Program-made: the position numbers and the translations under genes | The notes under the pieces: model-generated | The model's input: the letters and a program-made list of their open reading frames with translations, nothing else | Database searches by the model: none | Told to the model about the DNA's origin: nothing | Shown here: positions 51,927-61,947 of the stretch, one piece after another | How the letters are laid out: each line of letters begins with the position of its first letter | Position numbering within the stretch: the first letter of the stretch is position 1 | Assembly (NCBI GenBank): GCA_045613285.1 | Contig: JAZLAQ010000030.1 | Coordinates: 28,290-92,289, forward strand | Reading direction: 5' to 3' | DNA length: 64,000 nt | Origin: Alphaproteobacteria bacterium | GTDB lineage: Bacteria > Pseudomonadota > Alphaproteobacteria > CAAHEQ01 > UBA3637

Positions 51927-52580
51927 ATGCTGACAGGTCCGATGATTATTCCTGATACGGTAGAAAATATTGTTATTTTATGTCATGGATATGGTTCCAA
52001 CGGTAATGATATGATAGGCATTGCCCAACAACTGACTGACGACTTTCGCAAAACTGCCTTTATCGCACCAAACGCACCAAACAACATCGGCTGGGGCGGT
52101 TATGAATGGTTTTCATTGAATGATTTTGATCTATCAATTACAGATAAAAATTATTTGGCGAGGTTAACGATTCGTTCAAAATCAGCTGTCAAACAATTAA
52201 GTGAATTGGTAAATTATGTACAAATGAAATACAATGTAACTTCCGATAAAATTATTCTAGGAGGTTTTTCACAGGGTGGTTTAGTTGCTATGCTGACTGC
52301 TTTAGAATTAGAATCAAATCCCGCCGGTGTTATTGCTATGTCTGCCGTTCCCGTTTATTTTACTGATAAAAGAGTTGATAGCAAAAAATCATTTCCGATC
52401 TTACTGACGCACGGTTCTGCAGATTCTGTTGTTCCAATTCAGGCAATGCAGGTCGGTTTAGAACAACTCACCTCTATGAATTTCAAACCTGAAACCTGCA
52501 TTTCCAATGGGTTAGGACATGGTGTAGATCTCAACTGTCTAAATCATATCCGTTCCTTTTTAATTAAGATTATTCACTAA
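51927..52580 (+). CDS. Phospholipase/carboxylesterase-family alpha/beta hydrolase (217 aa)
   Basis: GFSQGG nucleophile motif, a C-terminal HG..D.VVP acid/His region, and the Abhydrolase_2-like size. Confidence 0.65.
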   Translation: MLTGPMIIPDTVENIVILCHGYGSNGNDMIGIAQQLTDDFRKTAFIAPNAPNNIGWGGYEWFSLNDFDLSITDKNYLARLTIRSKSAVKQLSELVNYVQMKYNVTSDKIILGGFSQGGLVAMLTALELESNPAGVIAMSAVPVYFTDKRVDSKKSFPILLTHGSADSVVPIQAMQVGLEQLTSMNFKPETCISNGLGHGVDLNCLNHIRSFLIKIIH

Positions 52581-53091
52581 TTCGCACATCGTTAAAATAA
52601 CGGTTTAATTCAAACGCACCATATAAAATTAAATAGGTCCCCATAAAAAAGGTAATCATAACCATCCCAAATAACGGATATAGAAACATCAGTATCCCAA
52701 AAACAATACCAAGAAATCCCATCCCTAACAACAAGAGACCAATATCATTTGCTACGGTTCTAATCTGTAATCCTTCGGCAAATTGAATAATACCGACAAA
52801 CAAACACCAAAGTCCAAAAACAAAAGGAATACTGATGGCTGTTGCTAATAAATTACTTAAAAGAAAAATTCCAATCAAAATATCTAAAATACCCAACGCT
52901 GTACAACTCCATTTATGACACTTCCGATAATCAAATAGATAAGCGCATCCCATAAAAATAAACGAAATTCCCAATATCAAAGCAGATGTTAACAAAGCCG
53001 TTGCCGGATTAAATAGGACATAAATACCACCGGATATCAACAACAAACTAATTAATAATAACCAAATACTTTTTATCTTTTTTTCTTGCAT
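52570..53091 (-). CDS. HdeD/DUF308-like small multi-TM membrane protein (173 aa)
   Basis: Four to six TM helices with paired-helix repeats (LLLLGMGFLGIVFGILMF). Confidence 0.5.
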   Translation of the reverse strand: MQEKKIKSIWLLLISLLLISGGIYVLFNPATALLTSALILGISFIFMGCAYLFDYRKCHKWSCTALGILDILIGIFLLSNLLATAISIPFVFGLWCLFVGIIQFAEGLQIRTVANDIGLLLLGMGFLGIVFGILMFLYPLFGMVMITFFMGTYLILYGAFELNRYFNDVRISE

Positions 53092-53179
53092 TTTAATTTC
53101 CTCCTAGACCTTTAAAATAGGTTATGTTTGTAAAAAAACAAGAAACATTCATTTTATTACAAAATTATTTTAATTTACA

Positions 53180-53208
53180 CTTGACATTTTAAACATAATT
53201 TTCTATAA
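53180..53208 (+). promoter_or_regulatory. Consensus sigma70 promoter (TTGACA, 17 nt, TATAAT) upstream of the ADP-forming acyl-CoA synthetase gene
   Basis: TTGACA at 53180-53185, a 17-nt spacer, TATAAT at 53203-53208. AAAGGAAAAAA SD before the ATG at 53248. Confidence 0.6.
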
Positions 53209-53247
53209 TTCGCCCCACCTAAACTATTTAACAAGAAAGGAAAAAAT

Positions 53248-55329
53248 ATGGCTTTAGAAACTTTTTTTAATCCGCGTTCTGTTGCCGTCGTCGGCGTTTC
53301 TGCCGATGAAAGTAAATTAGGCGCAATTGTTTTCAATAATTTAATAGATGCCGGATTTACCGGTAATTTATACGGTGTCAATCCTAAATTGGCCGGTCAG
53401 GAATTAAAAGGCAAAAAATGTTTTGCTTCAGTTCGCGATATTCCGGAAGCTGTTGATTTGGTTATTTTATTGGTTCCTGCTAAATTCTGTGAAGCAGCCG
53501 TTGACGATGCCATTGCAAACAGTACAAAAAATATCAGTATTATTACAGCTGGTTTCGGTGAGGTCGGTAATAAAGAATTGGAAAACCGTATTGCTTCAAA
53601 ATGTATGCAAGCCGGCATCAATATTTTAGGACCGAATTGTTTAGGACACATTTCCACATTCACAAATTTGAATGCCAGTTTTGCTCCTGGTTTTCCAATG
53701 CGTGGTAATGTTGCTTTTATTTCTCAATCTGGTGCTTATTGCAGTGCTATTTTGGATTGGGCACAAGATGAAGGCATTGGTTTCTCACACTTTATTTCCA
53801 TTGGTAACAAAGCCGATTTGGCCGAAGATTCTTTATTGAAAGCCATCCAAAACGACCCGAATACATCAGCTTTTGTTTTCTATTTGGAAGGTTTAAAAAA
53901 CGGTACAGAATTTTTGCGTGTTTTAAAAGAAGTTTCAAAAACAAAACCATGCGTTATTATGGAACCTGGTAAATCCAGCAAAGCACAAGCTGCTAGTTTA
54001 TCTCATACCGGTTCATTGGCACCAAACTATCGTGTTTTGGAAATCGCCTTACAACGCAGTGGTGCCATTCAAGTTTACACAACCCGTGAATTATTCGGTT
54101 GCTTAAAATTATTGCAACATGTCAATCATATGGAATTTGACGGGGCTTTGGGTGTTGTAACAAATGCCGGCGGAGTCGGTGTTTTAACATCAGATTTATG
54201 CGAAGCTGCTAAATTAGATTTAGCCCGTCCGTCTGAAAAGACAATTGAAGCATTGAAGGCCGTATTACCGGCAGAATCTGCTTTTGGTAATCCGATTGAC
54301 GTTATCGGTGATGCCAAAGCGGATCGCTATGAAAATGCTTTACGGGTTATGTGCGAATCTGGCGAATACAAAAATATTTTAGTTTTATTGACACCACAGA
54401 TGTCAACCGACGCCAACGGTACAGCTGAAGCTGTTATCAAATTGGCTCAACAATATAAAAATGTCAATATCTTCTGTTCTTTCATTGGTGGTAGCAGTGT
54501 TAAATCTGCTCGCGAAATGTTAGAAAAAAATCATATTTTAAACTATGACTATCCGACAGATATTGTTCGTTTATTGGGTTTAATGAAGGCTCAAATGGCT
54601 TTCCGTGGTTTACCGGATGTTCAAATTGCCAAGAATGAAGTACCAGCCGAAATCCGTTCAGCTATTGCTGAAGCACAAGCAGAAAACTTAGCTTCATTAC
54701 CTCAAAAAACAGTCAATATGATTATGGATCATTATGGCATTGACTATCCAAAGTCAGGTAACTTTACGAATAAAGCCGAAGCGTTAGCTTTCTGCCAAAA
54801 GATTTTCCCAGCACCTGTCGTATTGAAATTATCTGCTCCGGATGCTTTACATAAAACAGAAATGAAAGGTATTTACCTGAATATTGATAATGAAGCTAAA
54901 TTCAATGAAGCCTTCGATGGTTTAACTGCTACAATCGCTAAATTTGAATTGAAAGGTGCCAGCGTTTTAATTCAGGAAATGATTACCAAAGCAACCGAAA
55001 CCATTATCGGTGTTAATACAGATAAGAACTTTGGACGTGTTATGGTCTTTGGTACAGGTGGTATTTACACAGAAGTTATGCGTGATACAACAATGCGTAT
55101 CTTACCGGCAAATGACTTTGACACAATGATTAAAGAAACAAAAGTCGGAACCATCTTGAACGGTGTTCGTGGTGAAGAACCAAAAGCAGTCGGACCTTTG
55201 GCTGAAACATTAGCAAAAGTTCAACAATTGGTTTTAGAAATTCCGGAAATCAAAGCAATTGACGCAAATCCGGCCTTAATTACAAAAGATCGGGCAGTTG
55301 TTGTTGATTTTAAAATGTTATTAAAATAA
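53248..55329 (+). CDS. Acyl-CoA synthetase (NDP-forming), fused alpha/beta type, i.e. ADP-forming acetyl-CoA synthetase-like (693 aa)
   Basis: N-terminal CoA-binding Rossmann domain (SVAVVGVSADESKLG), succinyl-CoA-synthetase-like ligase domains with a phospho-His loop region (SLSHTGSLA), and a C-terminal ATP-grasp domain. No GNAT domain, so it is not a Pat-type acetyltransferase. Confidence 0.75.
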   Translation: MALETFFNPRSVAVVGVSADESKLGAIVFNNLIDAGFTGNLYGVNPKLAGQELKGKKCFASVRDIPEAVDLVILLVPAKFCEAAVDDAIANSTKNISIITAGFGEVGNKELENRIASKCMQAGINILGPNCLGHISTFTNLNASFAPGFPMRGNVAFISQSGAYCSAILDWAQDEGIGFSHFISIGNKADLAEDSLLKAIQNDPNTSAFVFYLEGLKNGTEFLRVLKEVSKTKPCVIMEPGKSSKAQAASLSHTGSLAPNYRVLEIALQRSGAIQVYTTRELFGCLKLLQHVNHMEFDGALGVVTNAGGVGVLTSDLCEAAKLDLARPSEKTIEALKAVLPAESAFGNPIDVIGDAKADRYENALRVMCESGEYKNILVLLTPQMSTDANGTAEAVIKLAQQYKNVNIFCSFIGGSSVKSAREMLEKNHILNYDYPTDIVRLLGLMKAQMAFRGLPDVQIAKNEVPAEIRSAIAEAQAENLASLPQKTVNMIMDHYGIDYPKSGNFTNKAEALAFCQKIFPAPVVLKLSAPDALHKTEMKGIYLNIDNEAKFNEAFDGLTATIAKFELKGASVLIQEMITKATETIIGVNTDKNFGRVMVFGTGGIYTEVMRDTTMRILPANDFDTMIKETKVGTILNGVRGEEPKAVGPLAETLAKVQQLVLEIPEIKAIDANPALITKDRAVVVDFKMLLK

Positions 55330-55345
55330 CAAATAACTATTCATT

Positions 55346-55390
55346 GAAAATCGCCTTGTTCTACCAAGGCGATTTTTTTCTTTCTTTTTT
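55346..55390 (+). terminator. Strong rho-independent terminator after the acyl-CoA synthetase gene
   Basis: AAAATCGCCTTG, loop ttctac, CAAGGCGATTTTTTTC. A 12-bp stem followed by a T-run. Confidence 0.7.
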
Positions 55391-55428
55391 GCGATAATTA
55401 TGCCATACTAAACATAAAGGAGAAAATT

Positions 55429-57645
55429 ATGGGTAAAAAAAGAAATGTAAACGAACTGCCATCCATGGATGAGATTATGGATTTTTTAAATGCACAATCC
55501 AAACCGATTTCAAAAAGAGAACTTAATCGAGCTTTTGGGACTCATGGTGACACACGAACCTATATGAAAAATGCCGTAAAAGAGTTAAAGAAAAAAGGAC
55601 TTATCCATACTGAACGCGGAGGAAAAACTATTTCTTTACCCAATGCTTTGCCTGAAAGACTGATTGTTGAAGTAACTGGTCTGGATTCTATGGGGGATCT
55701 AATTGCACGCCCATTTGAATGGTTAGCCGACATACCGGTACCACAAATTATTATTACAAAAGATAAATTATCTACACCGGCCGGTATTGGTGATATTGTC
55801 CAGGTATCAGTTAGATCTGTTGGAAATAATTTATACCATGCAACCGCTCTCAGACGGATAACTGCTGGTGAAAATCATATGGTTGGTGTTTATGAAAATG
55901 GTCTTATTTATTCGGTAGATAAACGATTAAAACAAAGTTTTACTTTAACTGACACTCCCCGTACGATAAAGCTTAATAATCGTGATTTGGTTATCGTTGA
56001 TATCCCTATGATCAGAGAAAGAAATCCGCGAGCCAAATTCATCAGGAAAATAGGCACTGCCGACAAACCTTTTTCATCAACATTGATTTCAATATATTTA
56101 CACAATTTACCAATTGCATTTACGGAAAATGCAGAAAAGCAAGCACAAAAATCAACAGTTCCACAACCGGACAAAAAAAGAAAAGACCTGTGTAATGTCC
56201 CCTTCGTTACAATTGACGGTGCCGATGCACGGGATTTTGACGATGCCGTTTGGGCTGAACCTGATACAAATAAAGACAATATTGGCGGATGGCATTTAAT
56301 GGTGGCTATTGCCGATGTAGCGTGGTATGTACGAACAGGGACAGCCTTGGATATGGATGCACGCCTGCGAGGTAATTCCGTCTATTTTCCGGACAGAGTC
56401 ATTCCCATGTTACCTCCAGCTTTATCAAATGGGGTTTGTTCATTAAATCCAAACGAACCACGAGCTGTCTTAGTCTGTGAAATTTGGATAAATGCAAACG
56501 GACATAAAATAAGACATACATTCCATCGGGGACTGATACAATCTGTCCGACGGTTAACTTATGATGAAGTTCAATCTGTTATAGACAATCAAAATAAAAT
56601 TGATGGTATAGAAAATGAAATTAATCACTTAATCGGGGCTTATCAATCTTTAAAAAAAGCTCGAGAAAAACGCGGGGTTTTAGAAATTGATTCCCCTGAA
56701 AAACAAGTTATATTGAACAAAAAAGGACAAGTAATAGATATCCGCCAACGTATCCAAACAACCAGTATGAAATTAATAGAAGAAATGATGATACTGGCGA
56801 ATGTTTCAGCGGCTGAAACACTGGAAGAAAAAGGATCTATGACTATGTACCGTGTTCATGACAGACCATCAGAAGAAAAAATAGATAACCTATCATCCTT
56901 TTTAACTTCTATTGGTCAGCAAACAAAAATCAGTTATTCACCCTTTCCTGATGATTTTAATCAAATTTTAGATCAAGTTAAAGGAACTGTTCGGGAAAGA
57001 GCTATCAATGAATTGGTCTTGAGGACACAATCACAAGCCGTTTATTCACCGGAAAATATCGGACACTTTGGCCTGGCCTTGGAACGATACGCTCACTTTA
57101 CTTCACCTATTCGCAGATACGCTGACATTATGGTTCATCGTGCCTTGATAAAAGCCTTAAAACTGGGCGAAGGTGGTCTTACATCAGAGGAAGAAAAAAC
57201 ATTTGATGAAATTGCCCGACATATTTCATCCACAGAAAGGCAAGCTGCTGCCGCAGAAATGGATGCCATAGATCGGTATACTGCCTGTTTTTTACAAGAT
57301 AAAGTCGGTGAAGCATTTGATGCTGTTATATCTTCCGTTACCCCCTTCGGTCTTTTTTTAACACTGGAGCCTTATGGAGCAGATGGATTTACCCCCTTCC
57401 GCGATTTAAGTGGCGATTTCTACGAATATGATTCGGAAGCACAAAAACTTGTCGGTCGATCAACAGGAAAAACATATACAATAGGTGATTCTGTTCGTAT
57501 TATTTTACGAGAATGCGTTCCTGTTACAGGTGGTTTATTATGTCGAATTATTCAAGGAGGGTCTGATTTCAGCCCTAAGAAAAATAAATCTGCAAATAAA
57601 ATAATCCGTAAACGAAAAGTATACAAAAAGAAAAAAAGAAGATAA
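55429..57645 (+). CDS. rnr: Ribonuclease R (738 aa)
   Basis: N-terminal winged-helix/cold-shock domains, an RNB catalytic domain (DGADARDFDDAV), an S1 domain and a lysine-rich C-terminal tail. Confidence 0.9.
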   Translation: MGKKRNVNELPSMDEIMDFLNAQSKPISKRELNRAFGTHGDTRTYMKNAVKELKKKGLIHTERGGKTISLPNALPERLIVEVTGLDSMGDLIARPFEWLADIPVPQIIITKDKLSTPAGIGDIVQVSVRSVGNNLYHATALRRITAGENHMVGVYENGLIYSVDKRLKQSFTLTDTPRTIKLNNRDLVIVDIPMIRERNPRAKFIRKIGTADKPFSSTLISIYLHNLPIAFTENAEKQAQKSTVPQPDKKRKDLCNVPFVTIDGADARDFDDAVWAEPDTNKDNIGGWHLMVAIADVAWYVRTGTALDMDARLRGNSVYFPDRVIPMLPPALSNGVCSLNPNEPRAVLVCEIWINANGHKIRHTFHRGLIQSVRRLTYDEVQSVIDNQNKIDGIENEINHLIGAYQSLKKAREKRGVLEIDSPEKQVILNKKGQVIDIRQRIQTTSMKLIEEMMILANVSAAETLEEKGSMTMYRVHDRPSEEKIDNLSSFLTSIGQQTKISYSPFPDDFNQILDQVKGTVRERAINELVLRTQSQAVYSPENIGHFGLALERYAHFTSPIRRYADIMVHRALIKALKLGEGGLTSEEEKTFDEIARHISSTERQAAAAEMDAIDRYTACFLQDKVGEAFDAVISSVTPFGLFLTLEPYGADGFTPFRDLSGDFYEYDSEAQKLVGRSTGKTYTIGDSVRIILRECVPVTGGLLCRIIQGGSDFSPKKNKSANKIIRKRKVYKKKKRR

Positions 57646-57667
57646 TATTTTTTAAACTTCACATATA

Positions 57668-57706
57668 AAATAGCCCGCCAAAAACAATTCTCGGCGGGCT
57701 ATATTT
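57668..57706. terminator. Bidirectional terminator between rnr and the parvulin gene
   Basis: TAGCCCGCC, 13-nt loop, GGCGGGCTA. A perfect 9-bp GC-rich stem. Confidence 0.6.
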
Positions 57707-57726
57707 ACTTACTTTATTAAATATCC

Positions 57727-58689
57727 TTATAAAGCCGTCTTTTTAATTTGGACTTTCATTTTTGACCGTTCTTCTGTCAAAACATTTTCCAAATTCCGTT
57801 CCATAACAACTTGTCTTAAATCATTTTTAACTTCTTCAAAGGATAACGGTTTAGACATACGGACATCATCTACCTGAACAATATGCCATCCGAAAGGTGT
57901 CTTAATCGGTTCGGAAATCTGTCCTTTTTTCATTTTAAATACGACCTTCCCAAATTCCGGAACCATCATATCTTCGGTAAAGTATCCCAAATCACCGTCC
58001 ATTGCAGATTTATCCAAAGAATATTTGCCAGCCAGCATTTCAAAAGAATCACCTGCTTTTAATTTTGTTACCACATCACGGGCTTCTTTTTCAGTTTTAA
58101 CTAAGATATGTTTAGCACGAACCTCTGGAACAGGCTTGTAATTTGCAACCTCAGCATCATACATTTCCTGTAATTCATCTTCAGATACACTATCTTTTAA
58201 TTGTCTATCTAAATAACTCTGTGCCATAATCTGTTCCTGTGCAAAACGGATTGCATTTTGGACACTTTGTAATCTACCCATATTTGCTTTATCAGCAGCC
58301 ATTCTTAACATACGAACATTAATAAAAGCATCTAACACCTGCGGATAGACCATTTCAAAGGGAACTTCCGATAGACTGGGAATTGTATCAACATACTGTT
58401 TAACTTCCTCTAAATAAATTGGAGTTCCATCAATTACTGCTACTATTTCGCTTTTATTCTCATCGGAGGGAGTATATCTGATATAGCAGAAGTTTTCATT
58501 AACTGCTAATGTCATAAACATTCGACCGACAATAAACCAAATAAGTAAAGCAACCACAAACAAAATAAACGATATAACCGGATAATTTTCCGGTACACGT
58601 ATATTCTTTTCTGGAGAAGGCTTCTCTTGTTTTAGGGTTGAAATTTCTTTTTTATTTGTCTTTTTTACAATTTTCTTTTTAACTGTCAT
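57727..58689 (-). CDS. Membrane-anchored parvulin-type peptidyl-prolyl isomerase (PpiD/SurA-like, 320 aa)
   Basis: N-terminal TM (YPVISFILFVVALLIWFIV), a chaperone-like region and a C-terminal PpiC domain (FGWHIVQV). Confidence 0.7.
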   Translation of the reverse strand: MTVKKKIVKKTNKKEISTLKQEKPSPEKNIRVPENYPVISFILFVVALLIWFIVGRMFMTLAVNENFCYIRYTPSDENKSEIVAVIDGTPIYLEEVKQYVDTIPSLSEVPFEMVYPQVLDAFINVRMLRMAADKANMGRLQSVQNAIRFAQEQIMAQSYLDRQLKDSVSEDELQEMYDAEVANYKPVPEVRAKHILVKTEKEARDVVTKLKAGDSFEMLAGKYSLDKSAMDGDLGYFTEDMMVPEFGKVVFKMKKGQISEPIKTPFGWHIVQVDDVRMSKPLSFEEVKNDLRQVVMERNLENVLTEERSKMKVQIKKTAL

Positions 58690-58752
58690 TTTGATTTTCT
58701 CCTTTTCATGAGCTCAATATAAAATATAAAAAAGCAAAATGCAAATATTTTT

Positions 58753-59175
58753 TTATATTTTTTTAATTTGTTCCAATCTCAAGCGTTTTGATAACTCACC
58801 AATAAACCCAAATGCCAAAGTGGGATGTAATGCCATCATGCGGTATAACTGTTCCCCACTAACACGTAAAAATGTTGTTTGCGTCTGTGCCATTATCTGA
58901 TACGGTAATATAGCCGGACTCATTACCGTTGTATCTCCAAAAACCTGACGTGCCCCATATTCGGCAATCAATTCATTATTACTATCCAAGATATGAACAT
59001 TTCCAGACAATATCATATAAAGATATCTGTTTTCTTTTCCCAGTTCAGAAATAACCTCACCAGCTTTTACCGTTTGTTCTTCACAAACCGATATTAAATC
59101 CGATAAAGCCAGTTCAGAAGCATCCGAAAAAAAAGGAATATTTTTTAGAACCAATACTTTTTCAAAAGTAATCAT
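58753..59175 (-). CDS. Stand-alone cyclic-nucleotide-binding domain protein (140 aa, no DNA-binding domain)
   Basis: cNMP-binding beta-roll motifs (GEVISELGKEN, FGDTTV, RxA-like RQVFGD). Starts 9 nt after the upstream 920-aa gene. Confidence 0.65.
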   Translation of the reverse strand: MITFEKVLVLKNIPFFSDASELALSDLISVCEEQTVKAGEVISELGKENRYLYMILSGNVHILDSNNELIAEYGARQVFGDTTVMSPAILPYQIMAQTQTTFLRVSGEQLYRMMALHPTLAFGFIGELSKRLRLEQIKKI

Positions 59176-59184
59176 TTTTTCCTC

Positions 59185-61947
59185 CTAACTATCTAAAATT
59201 TTATCTAATGAAATACGGGATAACTGCGTCGTAGGTATTGTCAAAAGTTTTTGATGTAAAACTTCCTTATCAGGTTGCAAACGAACCAATGTCCAAATAG
59301 CAGCCTCTAAAACATCAGGATTTTTATCAGATAAAGCAACTTCTGCAATCGGTACTCCTTGATTCATACCTAATCTTCGTAAAACATATAAGGCCGTAGA
59401 ACGAATCCAATGATTAACAGCATGTTTGGGATTGACAATTATTTCAGAAATCCCTTTAACTGCATCATCTGCCGTCAGCCCGATATATTTTTCACAAGGT
59501 TTAGGTGCTAACGGTAACAGTAAAACCGGCCGTATCCGACGATACAAATGGAACGGTAAAATATCCTGTATCATTCCCAAAGCTGGTGAATATAGATCAT
59601 ATTCATCCGTTAACAAAATATGAACAGCACGAACAAACATCTTTTGATTGCTCATCAAAAGTAAACGATAAAGTATCAATTTTCGAGTATCATCAATATC
59701 TTCTTGTAAAGCCTGTCGCAAAAAATAAAAAGCTTCTTCCGATTCATGGGTTGGGGCATGACGAAACTTATCTTGCAACTCTAACAACCAATAAATTCTC
59801 TCAACATCCTCTTTCAGATAAGTCAATAAAGAAGAATATCTATCCCGATGGGTCCATATAATTCCTGTTTCAATAATTGTTTGAATGATTGTTTTTTTCA
59901 ACTTTTGATTCTCAACCGATAATGCCCGTAATAAAATCAGATGCCCCTCCCCTTTGGACTGACTTCCCAAGAAAAGGGCTATCTGTTTCCGACGCAGTGT
60001 ATCTATGTCTGGTCTGGTCAACATTTTTTCTAATGCCGGAAATGCTACTTTACCATAATCGGATAAAGCCTTTAAAGCACTTTCCTGTAAAGACACATCA
60101 TCCAACGATAAAAAGACAGCATTCAATAATTCAGGAGCCCGTAACCGACCCGCCGTAATCAATGCACTTTGAACAACTTTTACATCCGAATGTTTTAATA
60201 AAGTAGATACAAAAGGAATAAACGCCACATCAGGACATTCTTTTATAATAGAAAGTGCGTTTATGTTATCTTGTATTTTTTTAGATTCCACCAAACTTCG
60301 TAAAGGTTCTACAACAGATAAAATATAATCTCCTTTTAATTTTAAATACCCAGCAATTGCTCCGGCTGATAGATCACTATCTTTCAAGTATGATAAGTAT
60401 TTTTGAGGATTATCGGTTGTCAAAATCATATTTTGTAAAATTTCAATTTTAACTGCTGTTTCTTTTTCTTTTTTTATTAATTTTTGAAAAAATAAATGAT
60501 ATGTCCTAAAGCGGTAACTATCACGAATTTTTTGACAAGAAAAGACCCTAACCTCTGTCAAAGGATGTTTCATACACTGTAATAAACTTTCTTCATAAAA
60601 CGGATGATTTGCTGTTTCTAATATTCTTAAAGCGTAAATAACATCATCTTTATTTTCTTTTTTTAACAATCTCTTAATATACGATAATAAACGGGGATAT
60701 GAAATTATTATCGGCCCTCTTCTAAAAATACGCATTTCAAACATACGTAATAAAATCTGGGCATACAAATTAGCGGTATAGATTGTCTCTATGATTAAAA
60801 GAATTCCTATCCCAATTAAAATATACGGAAAGAAAAACGGTTTCAGATTCATACATAATATACTCACAAGTACAAAACCAAGTGGTATAGAAACTGAATT
60901 TATTTTTTTCTGAATAGGACTACAACTAACATCACAAGATAAAACACGCGGTAAAATATTTAAGTAGCCACTTAAATAAAAATGAGACAATAAAAAAAAC
61001 ATCAAAGCACCTGTTGCTATTGGTCCGCTGTGTGCACCAAACGCATTAAAACCAGTAGCAATAACACTTAGCCCCAGCAATATCATACCGGCCAACGTCG
61101 TATATATATATCTTGTATGATAAAGAACAGATACCATAACTAATCCCAAAACTCCAAGCAATCCCCAAATAAGTCCCAAAACAACAATAGGAGAAATACC
61201 AGTTTCACTAAACTTTAAATACAAAGTTGCTTCAATTAAAAGTTTTGAAATTATACCTAAAAATGAAAGGAACAAAATATTCAATATCAACGGTCGTTCA
61301 TATGTATCACAATATCCGGCAGTTATTTTTGCAAATACTTTTTTTGTTATCGGTGATATTATCGTTAATATTTTAAATACTAAGGTCATTCCTCCGATTA
61401 TAAACGAGGAAATATTCAAATATGTAACGGATTCAAAATCAACAAAAACAGAAATAAAACCCGCTATCATAAAACCAACCAGATCTAAACAAAATAAAGT
61501 CAAAAACTTCAATGATGAAAAGTTCATCTTTACAAAGCGACTGGCAATAGACCAAAAAACAGTTGTCAAAACAAAATAGAATAAATATTTTAATATAAAA
61601 ATTATATCTAATATAAACTTATTTTTAGACTGATCCCATACAAATAAAGACAAAACAGACAACAAAAAACAACCGGCAAGTATCCAAGGACTCCCATACC
61701 CCTTATTACGTTGGATTTTCCATAAAAATAGACCGCTAAAAAACAATAGAATAGCCGTAGATAAAAAATCAAAACCAATATGAAATAGTCTATTATTTTC
61801 AATCAAAAGAGCAACTGAACCTATATCCCAAAAAACGATGGCGCATGATTTAAAAATAACGCCAAAAGCCAAAAGGATTAAAATTCGAATTTTAAACCCT
61901 GACAACTCTGACAACTTGTCCCAAAAAGAATGCCATTTTTTTATCAT
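59185..61947 (-). CDS. Fusion protein (920 aa): an N-terminal ~430-aa polytopic (~11-12 TM) transporter-like domain plus a C-terminal ~480-aa HEAT/ARM-like alpha-helical repeat domain. Possibly related to TLC-type nucleotide-transporter fusions.
   Basis: Hydrophobicity pattern of residues 1-430. The C-terminal half is rich in ~40-aa helical repeats (VRVFSCQ..., DVKVVQSALITAGRL, NPDVLEAAIWTLVRL). 4-nt overlap with ftsY. Confidence 0.5.
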   Translation of the reverse strand: MIKKWHSFWDKLSELSGFKIRILILLAFGVIFKSCAIVFWDIGSVALLIENNRLFHIGFDFLSTAILLFFSGLFLWKIQRNKGYGSPWILAGCFLLSVLSLFVWDQSKNKFILDIIFILKYLFYFVLTTVFWSIASRFVKMNFSSLKFLTLFCLDLVGFMIAGFISVFVDFESVTYLNISSFIIGGMTLVFKILTIISPITKKVFAKITAGYCDTYERPLILNILFLSFLGIISKLLIEATLYLKFSETGISPIVVLGLIWGLLGVLGLVMVSVLYHTRYIYTTLAGMILLGLSVIATGFNAFGAHSGPIATGALMFFLLSHFYLSGYLNILPRVLSCDVSCSPIQKKINSVSIPLGFVLVSILCMNLKPFFFPYILIGIGILLIIETIYTANLYAQILLRMFEMRIFRRGPIIISYPRLLSYIKRLLKKENKDDVIYALRILETANHPFYEESLLQCMKHPLTEVRVFSCQKIRDSYRFRTYHLFFQKLIKKEKETAVKIEILQNMILTTDNPQKYLSYLKDSDLSAGAIAGYLKLKGDYILSVVEPLRSLVESKKIQDNINALSIIKECPDVAFIPFVSTLLKHSDVKVVQSALITAGRLRAPELLNAVFLSLDDVSLQESALKALSDYGKVAFPALEKMLTRPDIDTLRRKQIALFLGSQSKGEGHLILLRALSVENQKLKKTIIQTIIETGIIWTHRDRYSSLLTYLKEDVERIYWLLELQDKFRHAPTHESEEAFYFLRQALQEDIDDTRKLILYRLLLMSNQKMFVRAVHILLTDEYDLYSPALGMIQDILPFHLYRRIRPVLLLPLAPKPCEKYIGLTADDAVKGISEIIVNPKHAVNHWIRSTALYVLRRLGMNQGVPIAEVALSDKNPDVLEAAIWTLVRLQPDKEVLHQKLLTIPTTQLSRISLDKILDS

